Shown piece after piece: positions 39,786-50,779 of a DNA stretch of 64,000 bases; within the stretch, counting starts at the first letter, position 1, and the number at the start of each line of letters is the position of its first letter. The stretch lies in the NCBI GenBank assembly GCA_965209155.1, contig OZ242383.1, forward strand, positions 3,840,001 through 3,904,000. The letters run 5' to 3'. The stretch comes from a bacterium (GTDB lineage: Bacteria > SAR324 > NAC60-12). The notes under the pieces are model-generated. The model made no database searches. It saw only the letters and a list, made by a program, of their open reading frames with translations, and had not been told where the DNA came from. The position numbers and the translations under genes were made by a program.

Positions 39786-41585
39786 CTAATGCCCCATTTC
39801 TTTCTTCAGGTCCTGGTCAATCCAAATGCGGGAGAAGATGACGGAACGGTCGCCCCATCCCAGGTCGATTTCACCGTTATAGCCTTTGATCCAAGGCTGG
39901 TTCACATTAAACTGTGGAGGTTTGGGACTCCACACCAACACGTGGTTCTTGGCGAGATACAGATCGATCTCTCTAATGTGTCCCTTCTGCTCTTCGACGG
40001 TAGGAGCGGCTTGAGCCGCATCAAATAAGGCGTCGTAAACCGGGTCACTGAGTCCGGTTGTACTCGGTCCGGTCCCGGTTTTTCCTATAGAGCTCGAGTG
40101 GTACTCTCTGACCGCTTCCAAAGCATCAAAATCATAAGCTGCTACCGAACTTGCCATCCCTTCATAAGTCAGTCCTTGTACAGCGGCAATAAAAGCAGGT
40201 CGGTCCAATACAATGATCTCAACTTCAACGCCAATCTTATCCCAGTAGGAGGCCGCTAACTGCGCGTAGTTCAGATCAAATCTATCTAAAGCAGTCAAGT
40301 TGATCTTGAAGCCATTGGGATAGCCCGCTTCCTCCAGAAGCTGCTTCGCCCCTTCCGGGTCATACCGATAGCCTTTCTTGACCGCTTCGGGCCACTCATC
40401 AAACGGGACGGTAAAACCAGCAAGCGCATCTCCAATCCTTGTGCGAGGGGTCGTGTCGGCGAAGCCCTTATAGTACTTCGTGTTAATGGTCTCGAGGTCC
40501 AATGCCATCTGCATGGCCTGGCGCACCCTGATATCGTTAAATGGAGGCTCCATGATTTTGAACGTAAAAGCATTCTCCGCACGATAGGCCCACGGAGTCA
40601 GCATGAGTTCCGGGTTGTTTTCCCGCAGACTCACTGCCTGGTCGATAGACCCTAATTGAGCGCCACAACCGCCGGGCAAACCGATATAATCCACCTTACC
40701 CGAGCGCAATCCCGCCACAATCGTTGCTTCTTCCCCCATAAACAGGCCCGTTAACTGGTCAATGTAGGGCAAGCGGTTCTCCGGGTATTTTTCATCGAAG
40801 CCCCAGTAGTCAGGATTCTTGGTATACGTGGTAGAGCTGCCTTCGACGATGTCGGTAAGCATGTAGGGTCCGGTACCGACCGAATGTCTCCAATCTTTGA
40901 GATTGCCGTGCTCCTTGAGGACCTCGGGCGGGTATACCCAAGCGGCGTGGTGGATGAGCAGATTCCTCAGTGTATCGGTTTGTGCTTCCGTCGTTTTGAA
41001 AACAACCGTATACCGATCAGTAGCCGTTACCGATTCAAAGGGAATGGCGGTGATCTGGCCTTGATGGGGACTCCCTCCAATTTCGCTGAATTCGCCCAGG
41101 CCCGCCATGCGGTGCCAGTTGAATTCTACGTCCTTGGCGATCAATTCTCTCCCATTCATGGGTGCCTTGTTATGCCAGTGAATGCCCTGGCGGATATGGA
41201 AGATATAGGTTTTCGGATCGGGTAGTTCCCAGCTTTCAGCCACCGAGCCTCTCAGGACCGAAAGAGGAACGTAGCCGCTTTGCAGGTTAAATTCATTCCG
41301 ATCTATTTCCCATCTCCCGATGCCGAGCTTCTCTGTAACACCGGCCTGGGTAGAACCGGCGAAGCCACCGTACCAACTGTCAATATAATAAGTCGACCCG
41401 CAGCCTCGATTGGCGAAGGTCAATGTCCCACCATACTCGGGTGCGGTCACCATCTCTCCAGTGGAGGGGTCTTTGACCATTTTCTTCTCGGCAGCCATGG
41501 CTGCCGAACTGACACCGAGGACTGCCACCACCAGGGTGAGAATTAACAACAATGATTGGATTTTTCTTGTTATACTATTTTCCAT
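39786..41585 (-). CDS. ABC substrate-binding protein (family 5)
   Basis: PEYGGTL, AESWE, GTGPY, NPDYW; start at 41585 after GGAGG. Confidence 0.9.
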   Translation of the reverse strand: MENSITRKIQSLLLILTLVVAVLGVSSAAMAAEKKMVKDPSTGEMVTAPEYGGTLTFANRGCGSTYYIDSWYGGFAGSTQAGVTEKLGIGRWEIDRNEFNLQSGYVPLSVLRGSVAESWELPDPKTYIFHIRQGIHWHNKAPMNGRELIAKDVEFNWHRMAGLGEFSEIGGSPHQGQITAIPFESVTATDRYTVVFKTTEAQTDTLRNLLIHHAAWVYPPEVLKEHGNLKDWRHSVGTGPYMLTDIVEGSSTTYTKNPDYWGFDEKYPENRLPYIDQLTGLFMGEEATIVAGLRSGKVDYIGLPGGCGAQLGSIDQAVSLRENNPELMLTPWAYRAENAFTFKIMEPPFNDIRVRQAMQMALDLETINTKYYKGFADTTPRTRIGDALAGFTVPFDEWPEAVKKGYRYDPEGAKQLLEEAGYPNGFKINLTALDRFDLNYAQLAASYWDKIGVEVEIIVLDRPAFIAAVQGLTYEGMASSVAAYDFDALEAVREYHSSSIGKTGTGPSTTGLSDPVYDALFDAAQAAPTVEEQKGHIREIDLYLAKNHVLVWSPKPPQFNVNQPWIKGYNGEIDLGWGDRSVIFSRIWIDQDLKKEMGH

Positions 41586-42111
41586 GCTTCCTCCTACAAT
41601 TGAAATTAAATTTAAAGATTCGCCACAACATCGAGCGAATCGAATTTTCGCAGCAGACACGACGTCCAACGCGTTCGGCCCCACGATAGGGGCCAGAAAT
41701 TTTTTAATACCCATGAATACCTTTATAATGAAAGAGCATTGAAACAACGTGCGCTCGAACGCACGGATGAGGAAAAAAAGATTCCCGGGGAGGAGGGATT
41801 GCATTCACAATACTCGATTCACTTCCTCTCTTCCCCAAGCAATCCCATGAGACGATAGCTACAATATATATATATTTCAAGCACTTTCTTTAAATTTATA
41901 ATTTTTTTGCCTTGAAACGCAGGATATTGATTAATAAGCTGGAGGGCCAAGGTTTGGTTTTGGGATAAAGGATCAGGAAAGTGGATTTTATGCCCTATCT
42001 TGTATTATGGTACAGATCGCTATGGTGAGGAGATGAGTTTGCAAGGAAGGTCAGCCTTTGAAATTGAAACTTCTGTTGATCTTTTAATATCTTATAGGAT
42101 ATACTATTTCT

Positions 42112-42459
42112 TTGAAAACCATCTTCTTTCAAGATAATGCCGGCAATGAACCGGCAAAGAAATTTTTAAACAATCTTCCTCCGAATGTTCGTACCAGATT
42201 TCATGATTATTTGAAGCATCTGGTGGAACATGAAGGCAGAATGAGTGGGGTGGCTTTCAAAAAATTGCATGGCTATCCCATGGAAGAAATTCGGGTAAAG
42301 CAATCCTAGAATCTGCACAGAATCATTTTACATGTGCGGATTAAAACCGTTGTTTTCATCCTTCATGGTTTTACCAAAAAAGAAGGACAAGCAACTCCAA
42401 TAAAAGAGCTGGAAATTGCGCATGAACGGCTCAAAGCACTTTTAACATTGGAGCAGTAA
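42112..42459 (+). pseudogene. RelE/ParE-like (Gp49-type) toxin with internal TAG at 42307-42309
   Basis: GNEPAKKFL...EIRVKQS*NLHRII...LHGFTKK...TPIKELEIA. Confidence 0.85.
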
Positions 42460-42461
42460 GA

Positions 42462-42791
42462 ATGAGGGCACTGACTGAAAAAGAATGTATCGAACTTGGA
42501 GTGAATCCACAACATTGTGGTACGAATTTTGAGCAATATCATCAAGAGCAAATGAAAGACCCTGAGTTTCGCAAAGAGTATGAAAAACTGCAATTACAAA
42601 GACGAGTTGCCAAGGCAATTGTCAACAGACGTGAAGCTCAAAGGCTTTCACAAAGAGAACTTGCCAGACGTGCAAAAACCACTCAAGCGGTGATTTCACG
42701 TATTGAAAACGGTAATGTTTCAGTGGGATTGCAAATGCTTCAAAGAATTGCGGACCCTTTAGGAACCCGAATTGATATCGTTTTGCGTTGA
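42462..42791 (+). CDS. XRE-family HTH antitoxin
   Basis: DPEFRKEY, LSQRELARRAKTTQAVISRIENG. Confidence 0.85.
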   Translation: MRALTEKECIELGVNPQHCGTNFEQYHQEQMKDPEFRKEYEKLQLQRRVAKAIVNRREAQRLSQRELARRAKTTQAVISRIENGNVSVGLQMLQRIADPLGTRIDIVLR

Positions 42792-43041
42792 ATAGGAATA
42801 CTGGATAAAATGCGGAGCGATTTTGGTTACCAGTTGAAAGGGGAGAGCAGTCGGATCAGGAGACTGCGTTTGCGTTTCTGCTTTGTGGCCCCAAAACTTC
42901 CCTGAACACCCCGCAGCCTCGGATCCTCGCTAAAATCGGATCTGCTTTTAGTGATTGATTTTCGTAACTGTCCCCGGATTTTAAAGAGATAGATATCTTG
43001 TACTTTGAAGATGGGTGTAATTAAAAGTGAGGGGCATCTCA

Positions 43042-44408
43042 TTAAGCTCTTTGTAGTTGTTGCCAATAACAATCCCATTTTCCATTGGCTCTTGCCACCC
43101 TGAGTTGAATCATCTGATCGGCATGTTGTTTTTTCCACCAAGCGCCAGGGAGTTTGAGCCGTTTTTGGATGAGGGAACGATGGGCGCTTTCAATTTTTCC
43201 AGAGCCGATAGGGAGTTGTTGATCAATAGCTGTTTTGTATTCAAACTGTCCGGGACGATTTTTCATGTAACGTACCAAAGCGCGAATGGGGGCCTGTTCA
43301 TTGGGAATAGATTCGGATTCTTGCCTGGATTTAAACTGCTCTAACACGTTGGCTGCTCCTCCTTTTTTCATGGTTTGCTTCTGTTTTTTCAGGGCCGCTG
43401 AGCCGTCTTCAAAAGCGGCTTGGCAGGCTGCACCAAGATAATCACAGAGATGATAAAAATCAATGAGATAGTTCGCCTGAGCGCCAAAATGAGTTTCGAT
43501 TTTTTCACAGATCCAAGGGGCTCCATCCCCTAAAGCATGAATCTTCGTCTGCTTTCCCAGTCCCGCTTCAAGAGCGACCTCTTTCATCTGAAAACCCGCT
43601 TCATCTCTACCGTTCAAGGTTCCAGCATAAATGGGGTCGACACTTCCTCGAGCATAAGCTAAGGAGGTAATCCCTTCTTTCCAACTCACTTGACGCGTTT
43701 TTCTGCGATCCCCCGTAAATGTAGAGTCTGCCGTCTCTACCAGAGGCACCATGGTGCCATCACTTTCCAAAATCACCACCCCCACCCCACTGGGCTCCCT
43801 GCTAGACGGCTGCTCTTCTTTCAGGGAGAAGCATCTCTGACTGTGATGGAGGGTTCGTGCTCGGATACTGCTGGAAGGAACGTCAATGCCATAATGCTCC
43901 TTGAGTTTCTGGCTCGCTGCTGCAAAGGAGACATCGGCACCAAAATCCACCATCGCTCGCTGCAGAGGCTTTGAATAACCCTGGCACTGAACGCCAATCG
44001 AGGCACTCAAGGGTCTCTGTCTTTTTCCTCTCCGTCCTTCCCGGAAAACAAGTTCTTCGATTCCAATGGCACCAAAGGTACTGTACCAATACAGTTTTTT
44101 TTACCATCTCGGATCAGACCCGCTTTTTGAGAAGACTCTGCTTCTTTTATATCGGACTGATGGCCCAACCAGCCTTGAAGCACTTCCTGACCCAATTTAC
44201 GCACTTCTTCAATCGCCCGCCTCTCAGCCTCATCGGCTGTTTGGCAACTCCCATCGTCATTTTCGATAATCCCCAGAATGGATTCCATCCGACGGCGAAG
44301 GTGTGGATACTTCGACAGCCGTTCTTCTAATGAAAGAGATGACTCGTCACCCTCCCTTAGTTCCGAGTAACTCAAGTATTTAGTGTTTGGCAGAAAAAAG
44401 TCTTTCAT
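43042..44408 (-). CDS. ISKra4/UPF0236-like DDE transposase in two frames joined by a probable -1 frameshift; native start displaced to 46333
   Basis: A8C slippery run near 44095-44103 gives KKLYWYSTFG; DGTM, GDGAPWI, IDFYH, IGSGKIES, RLKLPGAWW. Confidence 0.8.
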
Positions 44409-46322
44409 TAATTATATCAAGATGATAAACTGATATTTGTGACGCGAAGATTTGAAAAAACCCGAGTGCGCGCCCCCTCGCATGAAGGGTCAATCGTTGC
44501 AGTTACAGTATCTTCGGAGTGGTTTCTTTCGTTTTTCCATAAATCTTCAAGATTTGAAATTTTATGCGCACCATACGTGACCCCCAGATGAAGTTTGGCG
44601 AAGTCGACATTGCCGCCATCGAGTTGGATCTCAAATCCCGTGATGATATCCCCCCTATCCTTCGCGGTTTGCAATACATATACACCACGCCAGCATTACG
44701 CGCATCGGTATTCAAAGTTCTGGAACGGGTCATTCCATCGCGAAGCGGAGCGGGCCTGAGCAACGAAGACAGGCATCGCAAAGCGGACCCTCGTCTTGGG
44801 CGTCCCGGGATGGAGCAGTGGAAGATTCTGGTGCTTGGCGTATTGCGCCTGGGTCTCAACACCGATTACGACCGCATCCATGAGTTGGCTAACCATCATG
44901 ACACCATCCGGCAGATGCTCGGACATGGAGGGTGGGAGGACAAAACGACCTACAACCGACAGACGATCAAGGATAACCTGCGTCTTTTCACACCTGAGAT
45001 TCTTGATGAGATCAATCAGTTGGTTGTCAAAGCCGGACATGGGCTGGTAAAAAAAAACGTCCCAAAAGATGGGCCAACCCGAAATCTCACGGAGGAGAAG
45101 ATTGAACTTCATGATTCAAGCAAGGCTCTACGTGCTCGCTGCGACTCCTTTGTGGTTGAAACCAATGTACATTATCCGACCGACATCAACCTGCTCTTCG
45201 ACGCCGTACGCAAGACGATTGAAGAATGCGCCAGGCTTTCACGGAATTGCCAGTTGGAGGGCTGGCGACAATATCGGTTCAACATCAGGCAGTTCAAAAA
45301 GCAGTATCGTCTCATCCAAAAGCTCAGGCCTTCCACTTCGAAAGTTGAGCAAATAAAGCATGCCCGTGAAGAAAAGAGGCGCAAAGAATATCTCAAATAC
45401 GTTCTCATGGCCAAGGGGTATCACCTGCGAGTCCAGACAAGCCTGAAGCTTTTGGAAAAACGGGTGCGCTCCCCCTTGAAGCTGCTGCGCTTGCGGGAGT
45501 ACATGGGCTCTGCAAAAACCCTCATGAGCCAAATCATCCGCAGGGTGTGTTTCAACGAAACCATCCCTCATCATGAAAAAATCTTTTCCATCTTCGAGCC
45601 CCACACCGAGTGGATCAGCAAGGGCAAGGCGGGAGTGCCAGTGGAACTCGGACTGAGGGTCAACCTCATCGAGGACCAGGATCAATTCATCCTTCACCAT
45701 CAGGTGATGCGCAGGCAGAGCGATGAGAAGGTGGCCGTGGAAATCGTCGAAGAAAGCAAAAAACGCTTCCCCGAGCTTGCGGTCGTGAGTTGGGACAAAG
45801 GCGCTCACAGCCCTCAGAATCAGCGTGAACTCAAAGCACTGCTGGATCTTGTCGTGCTTCCCAAAAAAGGCAAGTTGAGCAAAGCAGACAGGCAGAGAGA
45901 AGATTCCCGGGAATTCAAACTCCTGCGCCGCCTACACGCTGCGATCGAATCCGCCATCAACGCTCTGGAAGTGCACGGACTCGACCGATGTCCAGATCAT
46001 GGGATCAAGGGGTTCGAACGCTATGTCGCTCTGGCTGTGCTTGCAAAAAACATCCACCGTCTCGGCACCGTCCTGCGTGAACAACAAAAAGAACGGCAGC
46101 GTCGTAAACGAGGACCCTACAAAAAAGCGGCCTGAACCAAAGGACGACTCCTCATTCTAAAATAAGAGGGGAGGGGTTTGCCCAAAAAAAGAGGATTAAC
46201 AAAAAAGCGGGGATCTCAAAGAAAAAAAGCTTCAATTCTCTAAAATATGGCCTGTTCAAGAATGGCTATTCTCGCGAGTTCTACATCTCCTATTAGTAAA
46301 ATTGTAATTTTCTGCCAGACAC
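44383..46322 (+). mobile_element. ISNCY (ISDol1-like) insertion sequence, 1940 bp
   Basis: TIR GTGTTTGGCAGAAAA / TTTTCTGCCAGACAC; 6-bp TSD TATTTA at 44377-44382 and 46323-46328. Confidence 0.9.
44564..46135 (+). CDS. ISNCY-family transposase
   Basis: RCDSFVVETNVHYPTD, KIFSIFEPHTEWISKGK, DKG, IESAINALE. Confidence 0.9.
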   Translation: MRTIRDPQMKFGEVDIAAIELDLKSRDDIPPILRGLQYIYTTPALRASVFKVLERVIPSRSGAGLSNEDRHRKADPRLGRPGMEQWKILVLGVLRLGLNTDYDRIHELANHHDTIRQMLGHGGWEDKTTYNRQTIKDNLRLFTPEILDEINQLVVKAGHGLVKKNVPKDGPTRNLTEEKIELHDSSKALRARCDSFVVETNVHYPTDINLLFDAVRKTIEECARLSRNCQLEGWRQYRFNIRQFKKQYRLIQKLRPSTSKVEQIKHAREEKRRKEYLKYVLMAKGYHLRVQTSLKLLEKRVRSPLKLLRLREYMGSAKTLMSQIIRRVCFNETIPHHEKIFSIFEPHTEWISKGKAGVPVELGLRVNLIEDQDQFILHHQVMRRQSDEKVAVEIVEESKKRFPELAVVSWDKGAHSPQNQRELKALLDLVVLPKKGKLSKADRQREDSREFKLLRRLHAAIESAINALEVHGLDRCPDHGIKGFERYVALAVLAKNIHRLGTVLREQQKERQRRKRGPYKKAA

Positions 46323-46540
46323 TATTTAGACATTTTCAACTCCTGTTTGAAGGTCAATCATTCGAAATCCCCCCCACTTTCAATATACTTTGAGCACTTG
46401 TCCAGCTGTTTCTCTCTGCCCCTCACTTTTAATTACACCCTTTGAAGATACGAATATTGCAGGAATAGGGCTGGGGTGATATGATATCAGGATAAACATT
46501 GTATGACTATTATTTTAAAATCAGCCTCAGGAGCATCATA

Positions 46541-46849
46541 ATGGGACAAATAGCACAAGAAGTGACTTACCCTTATATTATGACTGATCTCGGGATAGCC
46601 AATGGTGTTCCAATCATTGTAGGGACTCGTATCACGGTGCGATGCATTGCTGGATATTATCAGATGGGAATGAGTGTGGATGAAATTCTGAATTCTTTGT
46701 CTCACTTAAAGGCTTCTCAAGTCCATTCTGCTTTAGGTTATTATTTTGACCACCAGGACGAGATTGATCAGGATCTGGCAGAATCCACTGATGTGGATTA
46801 CTGGAAACAGCAAGTAAAAGTTCATCCGGAGCAGGGAAATTCTGTATGA
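46541..46849 (+). CDS. DUF433 domain protein (antitoxin-like)
   Basis: GVPIIVGTRITV, GMSVDEI, QVHSALGYYFDH. Confidence 0.85.
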   Translation: MGQIAQEVTYPYIMTDLGIANGVPIIVGTRITVRCIAGYYQMGMSVDEILNSLSHLKASQVHSALGYYFDHQDEIDQDLAESTDVDYWKQQVKVHPEQGNSV

Positions 46850-46995
46850 TGGTCAAACTACTGCGGGATGAAATGGGTTGCTTGCATCCCGGTTTCTCCG
46901 TACGTTCATTGTCCAAGGATCATACTTCATTAAGGACGCTATTTTTCAACCTCAGCAATTATTAAAAACGCATGCAAAATAACAGGAAGGAAAAA

Positions 46996-47931
46996 ATGAA
47001 AGTAGGCTTCATAGGTCTCGGTGGAATCGGCAAACCGATGGCTATCAATGTTGCCAAGTCAGGATTCGATCTCACAGTCACTGATCTGCGTGAGCCACCA
47101 CTGAAGGAACTCGAGCAGCACGGAGCCCGGATTGCAAGTAACGCTCGTGAGGTCGCAGCCGCATCAGAGATCGTGTTGGCTTCTCTGCCGTCCAACGAAG
47201 CCAGTGAGCAAGTGGCACTGGGCCCCGATGGCGTCCTATCCGGCGCCAAAAGCGGTGACATTTACGTCGAACTGAGCACCATTAGCCCGGAGGTGGTTAA
47301 TACCATCGCAAGGCAGGCGGCAGAAAAAGGCGTAACTGTGCTGGATGCCCCGGTAAGCGGCGACCTCGAGCACCGCCGGGAAGGGACATTGTCGATAATG
47401 GCAGGTGGCGATGCAAAGGCTCTGGATCGGGCAATGCCGGTGTTCAAAGCGTTCGGGGACAAAGTCTTTCACGCCGGCGATAGCGGTGCGGGCGCAACGG
47501 TCAAGCTGGTCAATAACCTGCTTGCCGGAATCTATATGGTCGCCACCATGGAAGCCCTGGTGTTGGGCGTCAAGGGTGGCCTGAGCTTGCAGACCTTAAA
47601 AGAGGTGATCAGCGTGAGCAGCGGCGGTAGCCCTGGATTCGGCATCTTGTTCGATAAAATCACCACGCGCAGTCCCAAACCGCCGCCCGGGCAAACCGCC
47701 AACCAGGGGCTGCATACCATCGGTAAAGATGTCAAACTGGCCGTTGAGCTGGCCCAGAACCTATCCGTGCCCTTATCGCTTGGCTCGTCGGCTCTACAGC
47801 CATTTCTCGCCGGAATCGGCAATGGATGGGCGGACAAAGAATTCTGGGTTATTATGGAAATCTTCGAGCAAATGAACGGAGTCAGAGTGCGTCCGCCGGA
47901 TTTAACGAATTTAAAGGAGGACAAGCAATGA
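46996..47931 (+). CDS. NAD(P)-dependent beta-hydroxyacid dehydrogenase (3-hydroxyisobutyrate dehydrogenase family)
   Basis: GFIGLGGIG, DAPVSG, KLVNN. Confidence 0.9.
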   Translation: MKVGFIGLGGIGKPMAINVAKSGFDLTVTDLREPPLKELEQHGARIASNAREVAAASEIVLASLPSNEASEQVALGPDGVLSGAKSGDIYVELSTISPEVVNTIARQAAEKGVTVLDAPVSGDLEHRREGTLSIMAGGDAKALDRAMPVFKAFGDKVFHAGDSGAGATVKLVNNLLAGIYMVATMEALVLGVKGGLSLQTLKEVISVSSGGSPGFGILFDKITTRSPKPPPGQTANQGLHTIGKDVKLAVELAQNLSVPLSLGSSALQPFLAGIGNGWADKEFWVIMEIFEQMNGVRVRPPDLTNLKEDKQ

Positions 47932-48761
47932 ATCAGAGCAAGATCGATGCAGTCGCCGATGCCATGGCCGAGGCTTACCGCAACGGCGGCACCGTGGCTG
48001 AACTGGCCGAAGAATTATTACCGGCAAACTGGCAGGCGGCCTACCAGGTCCAGGATGCGCTCGATGAGCGCCTGGGCTTTGAATTGGCGGGTTGGAAAAT
48101 AGGCAACACCAGCCGGGCCGGCATGCAGGATTTCGATATGGATCATCCGCCGTTTTTTGGCCGCGAATACCGTAATTTTACTCAACACAGTCCGGCGCGC
48201 TTCCGGATGGCTGATTTTCGTCACGCCCCGATGATCGAAGGGGAGTTTGCCTTTCGCCTGGGCCGCGACCTGCCGTCCCGCGAACAGGCCTACAGCGAAG
48301 CCGAAGTGCGTGATGCCATCACCGACGTCGTCATGGCCATCGATGCAGTCGATACCCGCTGGAGCACGCATCCTTTTGAGTTGAATATGTTCCTTGGCAA
48401 TGCCGACAACGCCAATGCGGGTGTTTACGTTATCGGCGATGTGCTCTCAGGCTGGCAGACCCTCGACCTGGCCACGCTACCGGTCGAGGTGTACGTCAAT
48501 GGCAAACACGTTCAGGAGACGACCCTCCGGGGCCGCCTCATTGACAGCTTGACCCGTCCGCGCGAATACCGCTGCAGCTTTGACGAGCTGATCTCGGCCT
48601 TGCAGTGGGGCGCCAACGAATTGTCGCAACGTGGACTGGGCTTTCGTGCCGGTCAGGTCGTCACCACCGGCAGCCCGCATGTCCCTGTGGAAGCAACGGC
48701 GGGCAGTGAAATCGTTATCCGCTATGGCGATGCGGGTGAAATCAAAGCAAAATTTGAATGA
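47928..48761 (+). CDS. 2-keto-4-pentenoate hydratase/FAH family protein
   Basis: AYQVQ, GWKIG, IEGEFAF, ADNA, GQVVTTGS. Confidence 0.85.
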   Translation: MNQSKIDAVADAMAEAYRNGGTVAELAEELLPANWQAAYQVQDALDERLGFELAGWKIGNTSRAGMQDFDMDHPPFFGREYRNFTQHSPARFRMADFRHAPMIEGEFAFRLGRDLPSREQAYSEAEVRDAITDVVMAIDAVDTRWSTHPFELNMFLGNADNANAGVYVIGDVLSGWQTLDLATLPVEVYVNGKHVQETTLRGRLIDSLTRPREYRCSFDELISALQWGANELSQRGLGFRAGQVVTTGSPHVPVEATAGSEIVIRYGDAGEIKAKFE

Positions 48762-48774
48762 AAGGAGTCCTCTT

Positions 48775-49620
48775 ATGTCCGATAATTTGCAATCCACTCG
48801 CATTCATGCATCCCGCATGGCAAACAGGCTGGAAAACAAAGTTGCGATCATCACTGGCGGAAGCGGCGGCATTGGCGAAGGCACGGCCCGCGCGTTTGCC
48901 CGCGAAGGGGCGAAGGTCATCCTCCTGGCGCGCCAGGAGGAGAAGGGCCGGGCGGTCGAAACGGCGATCCGTCATGACGGCGGAGAAGCCACGTTTATCG
49001 TCTGCGATGTCGCTGACGAAGCCGCCGTCGCTGCAGCGGTTGACAAAGCGGCCGCCACCTATGGTGCGATCAATATTCTTTTCAACAATGCCGGCGGCGG
49101 TGCGATGGGTCTTTTTCCAAACGAGCCAATCGATGAATTCAGTCGCATTGTTCGAGTGAACCTGGTGGGAACATTCAACATGAGCCAAGCCGTGTGGCCC
49201 CACCTGATTGAAGCAGGGGGGGGAGCGGTGATCAATATGTCGTCGCTTGCTGCTCAGCGGGGAATGAGTCCTGTGATGTACGAGGAATTTGGCGCATCCA
49301 CTTCAGCCTACTGGGCTTCGAAAGCCGGTGTCGAAGCGCTGACGCGATACATGGCCGGGATTGGGGGCAAACACAACATTTGAGTCAACTGCGTGCGTCC
49401 TGGTCAGATCATGACGAGGGGAGCCACGGGTGGGACCCTCCACGATCCAGACGGGGGACATCACGTCTTCGAGAAGTGGTTCGATCGGATTCAGATTGTC
49501 CAAGGGCCCGGCTATCCCGAAGATGTGGCCAATCTCGTCCTCTTTTTGGCTTCGGAGGAGGCGCGCTTCATCACCAGTGAAATGATCAACGTCGATGGCG
49601 GTTGTGCCGTAAAGATCTAG
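48775..49620 (+). pseudogene. SDR oxidoreductase with internal TGA at 49381-49383
   Basis: TGGSGGIG, NNAG, YWASK, then NI*VNCVRPG (consensus NIRVN); frame continues to NVDGG. Confidence 0.85.
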
Positions 49621-49858
49621 GAAGTCATCATTGAAGCACCGGTTACCCGCTTGCTCCTCGATGGTGCCCAAAGCCTCTGACTTTTTTCCCAAAAAACACT
49701 TGGAAGGTGCCAACATTTCATTTATGATACCAAAATATCAAATATTCATTTTTTATACAAATGTTTCATATTTTAATTCATGCGTAACGCTTCTGGCGAG
49801 CGAAGTTGAGGGTATCCTCAATTTGAGCCGGACGCAGAGAATAGAAGAAAAAGCAAAA

Positions 49859-50779
49859 ATGAGCCTACCCACTTGGACCCGCGACCCCGAAACAATGAAA
49901 CGAGATATCGACGAGCACGGATTCTGCCTCTTCAAGGACGCACTGACACCAGCTCAGCTTGCCCAAGCACGCGAGCGCCTCAGCGAGCAGGCCGAGGCCG
50001 AGCGCAAGGGTGGCGTCGTCCTCTCCGGTGACGGCCGGATCGGTCCGGAACGCGGGCCTGGTAACAACCAGGCTGTGACCTTTCTCGGGAACAAGGGTCA
50101 CATCTTTCGCGAGATAGCCTCGCGGCCGGACATTCTGGACATTGTGCGCCATGTGCTCGGCGAGGAAATCCGGATCCGTAACCTCTTGGCGAACATCGTG
50201 CGCATTGGCGGCCAGGAGCAGGGGCTGCACACGGATCAATGGTTTTTACCATCGGCCAGCCGCTACGACGAGCCGCCGATGCAGGTCGGGTCGATCACGC
50301 GCGCGAATCCCGGGCAACCCGAGATACCGGGGCCAACGCTGATGCCGTGCGTCGTGATCAACGCCTTTTGGATGCTGGACGACTTCACCATCGAAAACGG
50401 TGCGACCTGCATCGTGCCTGGTAGTCACAAGCTCGGACGCCGGCCGAACAAGGACGATCGCGCGGACCAGATCCAAGTGACAGGCCCAGCTGGAAGCGCT
50501 TTCATCTTCGACGGCCGGCTCTTTCATGGCGCCGGACCCCACCTCTCGCAGGATCCGACTGTCGAGCGGAAAGGGCTCACCTTCGCGTACCAACCGCCCA
50601 TGTTCAAGCCTCACGAGAACTATCCGCTGGTGTTGCTTCCGGAGGTGTATGAAAAAGCCTCCCAAGAGCTTCTCGATCTCATGGGCTTCAAGGTATGGTT
50701 CAGCCGTGAACACCTGGTCGACCAAGACTCGGAGCGCATCACGCGCGACATACCAATCATCGGGGAGATGAAGCCATGA
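49859..50779 (+). CDS. PhyH family dioxygenase
   Basis: LHTD, LDDFTIENGATCIVPGSH, FDGRLFHG. Confidence 0.9.
   Translation: MSLPTWTRDPETMKRDIDEHGFCLFKDALTPAQLAQARERLSEQAEAERKGGVVLSGDGRIGPERGPGNNQAVTFLGNKGHIFREIASRPDILDIVRHVLGEEIRIRNLLANIVRIGGQEQGLHTDQWFLPSASRYDEPPMQVGSITRANPGQPEIPGPTLMPCVVINAFWMLDDFTIENGATCIVPGSHKLGRRPNKDDRADQIQVTGPAGSAFIFDGRLFHGAGPHLSQDPTVERKGLTFAYQPPMFKPHENYPLVLLPEVYEKASQELLDLMGFKVWFSREHLVDQDSERITRDIPIIGEMKP

Larger units (their letters stand above)
43013..46440 (-). mobile_element. ISKra4-like insertion sequence containing a nested IS
   Basis: 24-bp perfect TIR GGGTGTAATTAAAAGTGAGGGGCA; 9-bp TSD TTTGAAGAT at 43004-43012 and 46441-46449. Confidence 0.9.

Noticed and set aside
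45048..45058. A9C run in the ISNCY transposase as a frameshift site
   Set aside because: The ORF is continuous through it, so no shift is needed.
49381..49383. In-frame TGA in the SDR gene as selenocysteine
   Set aside because: Aligns to the Arg of the NIRVN consensus, consistent with CGA>TGA.
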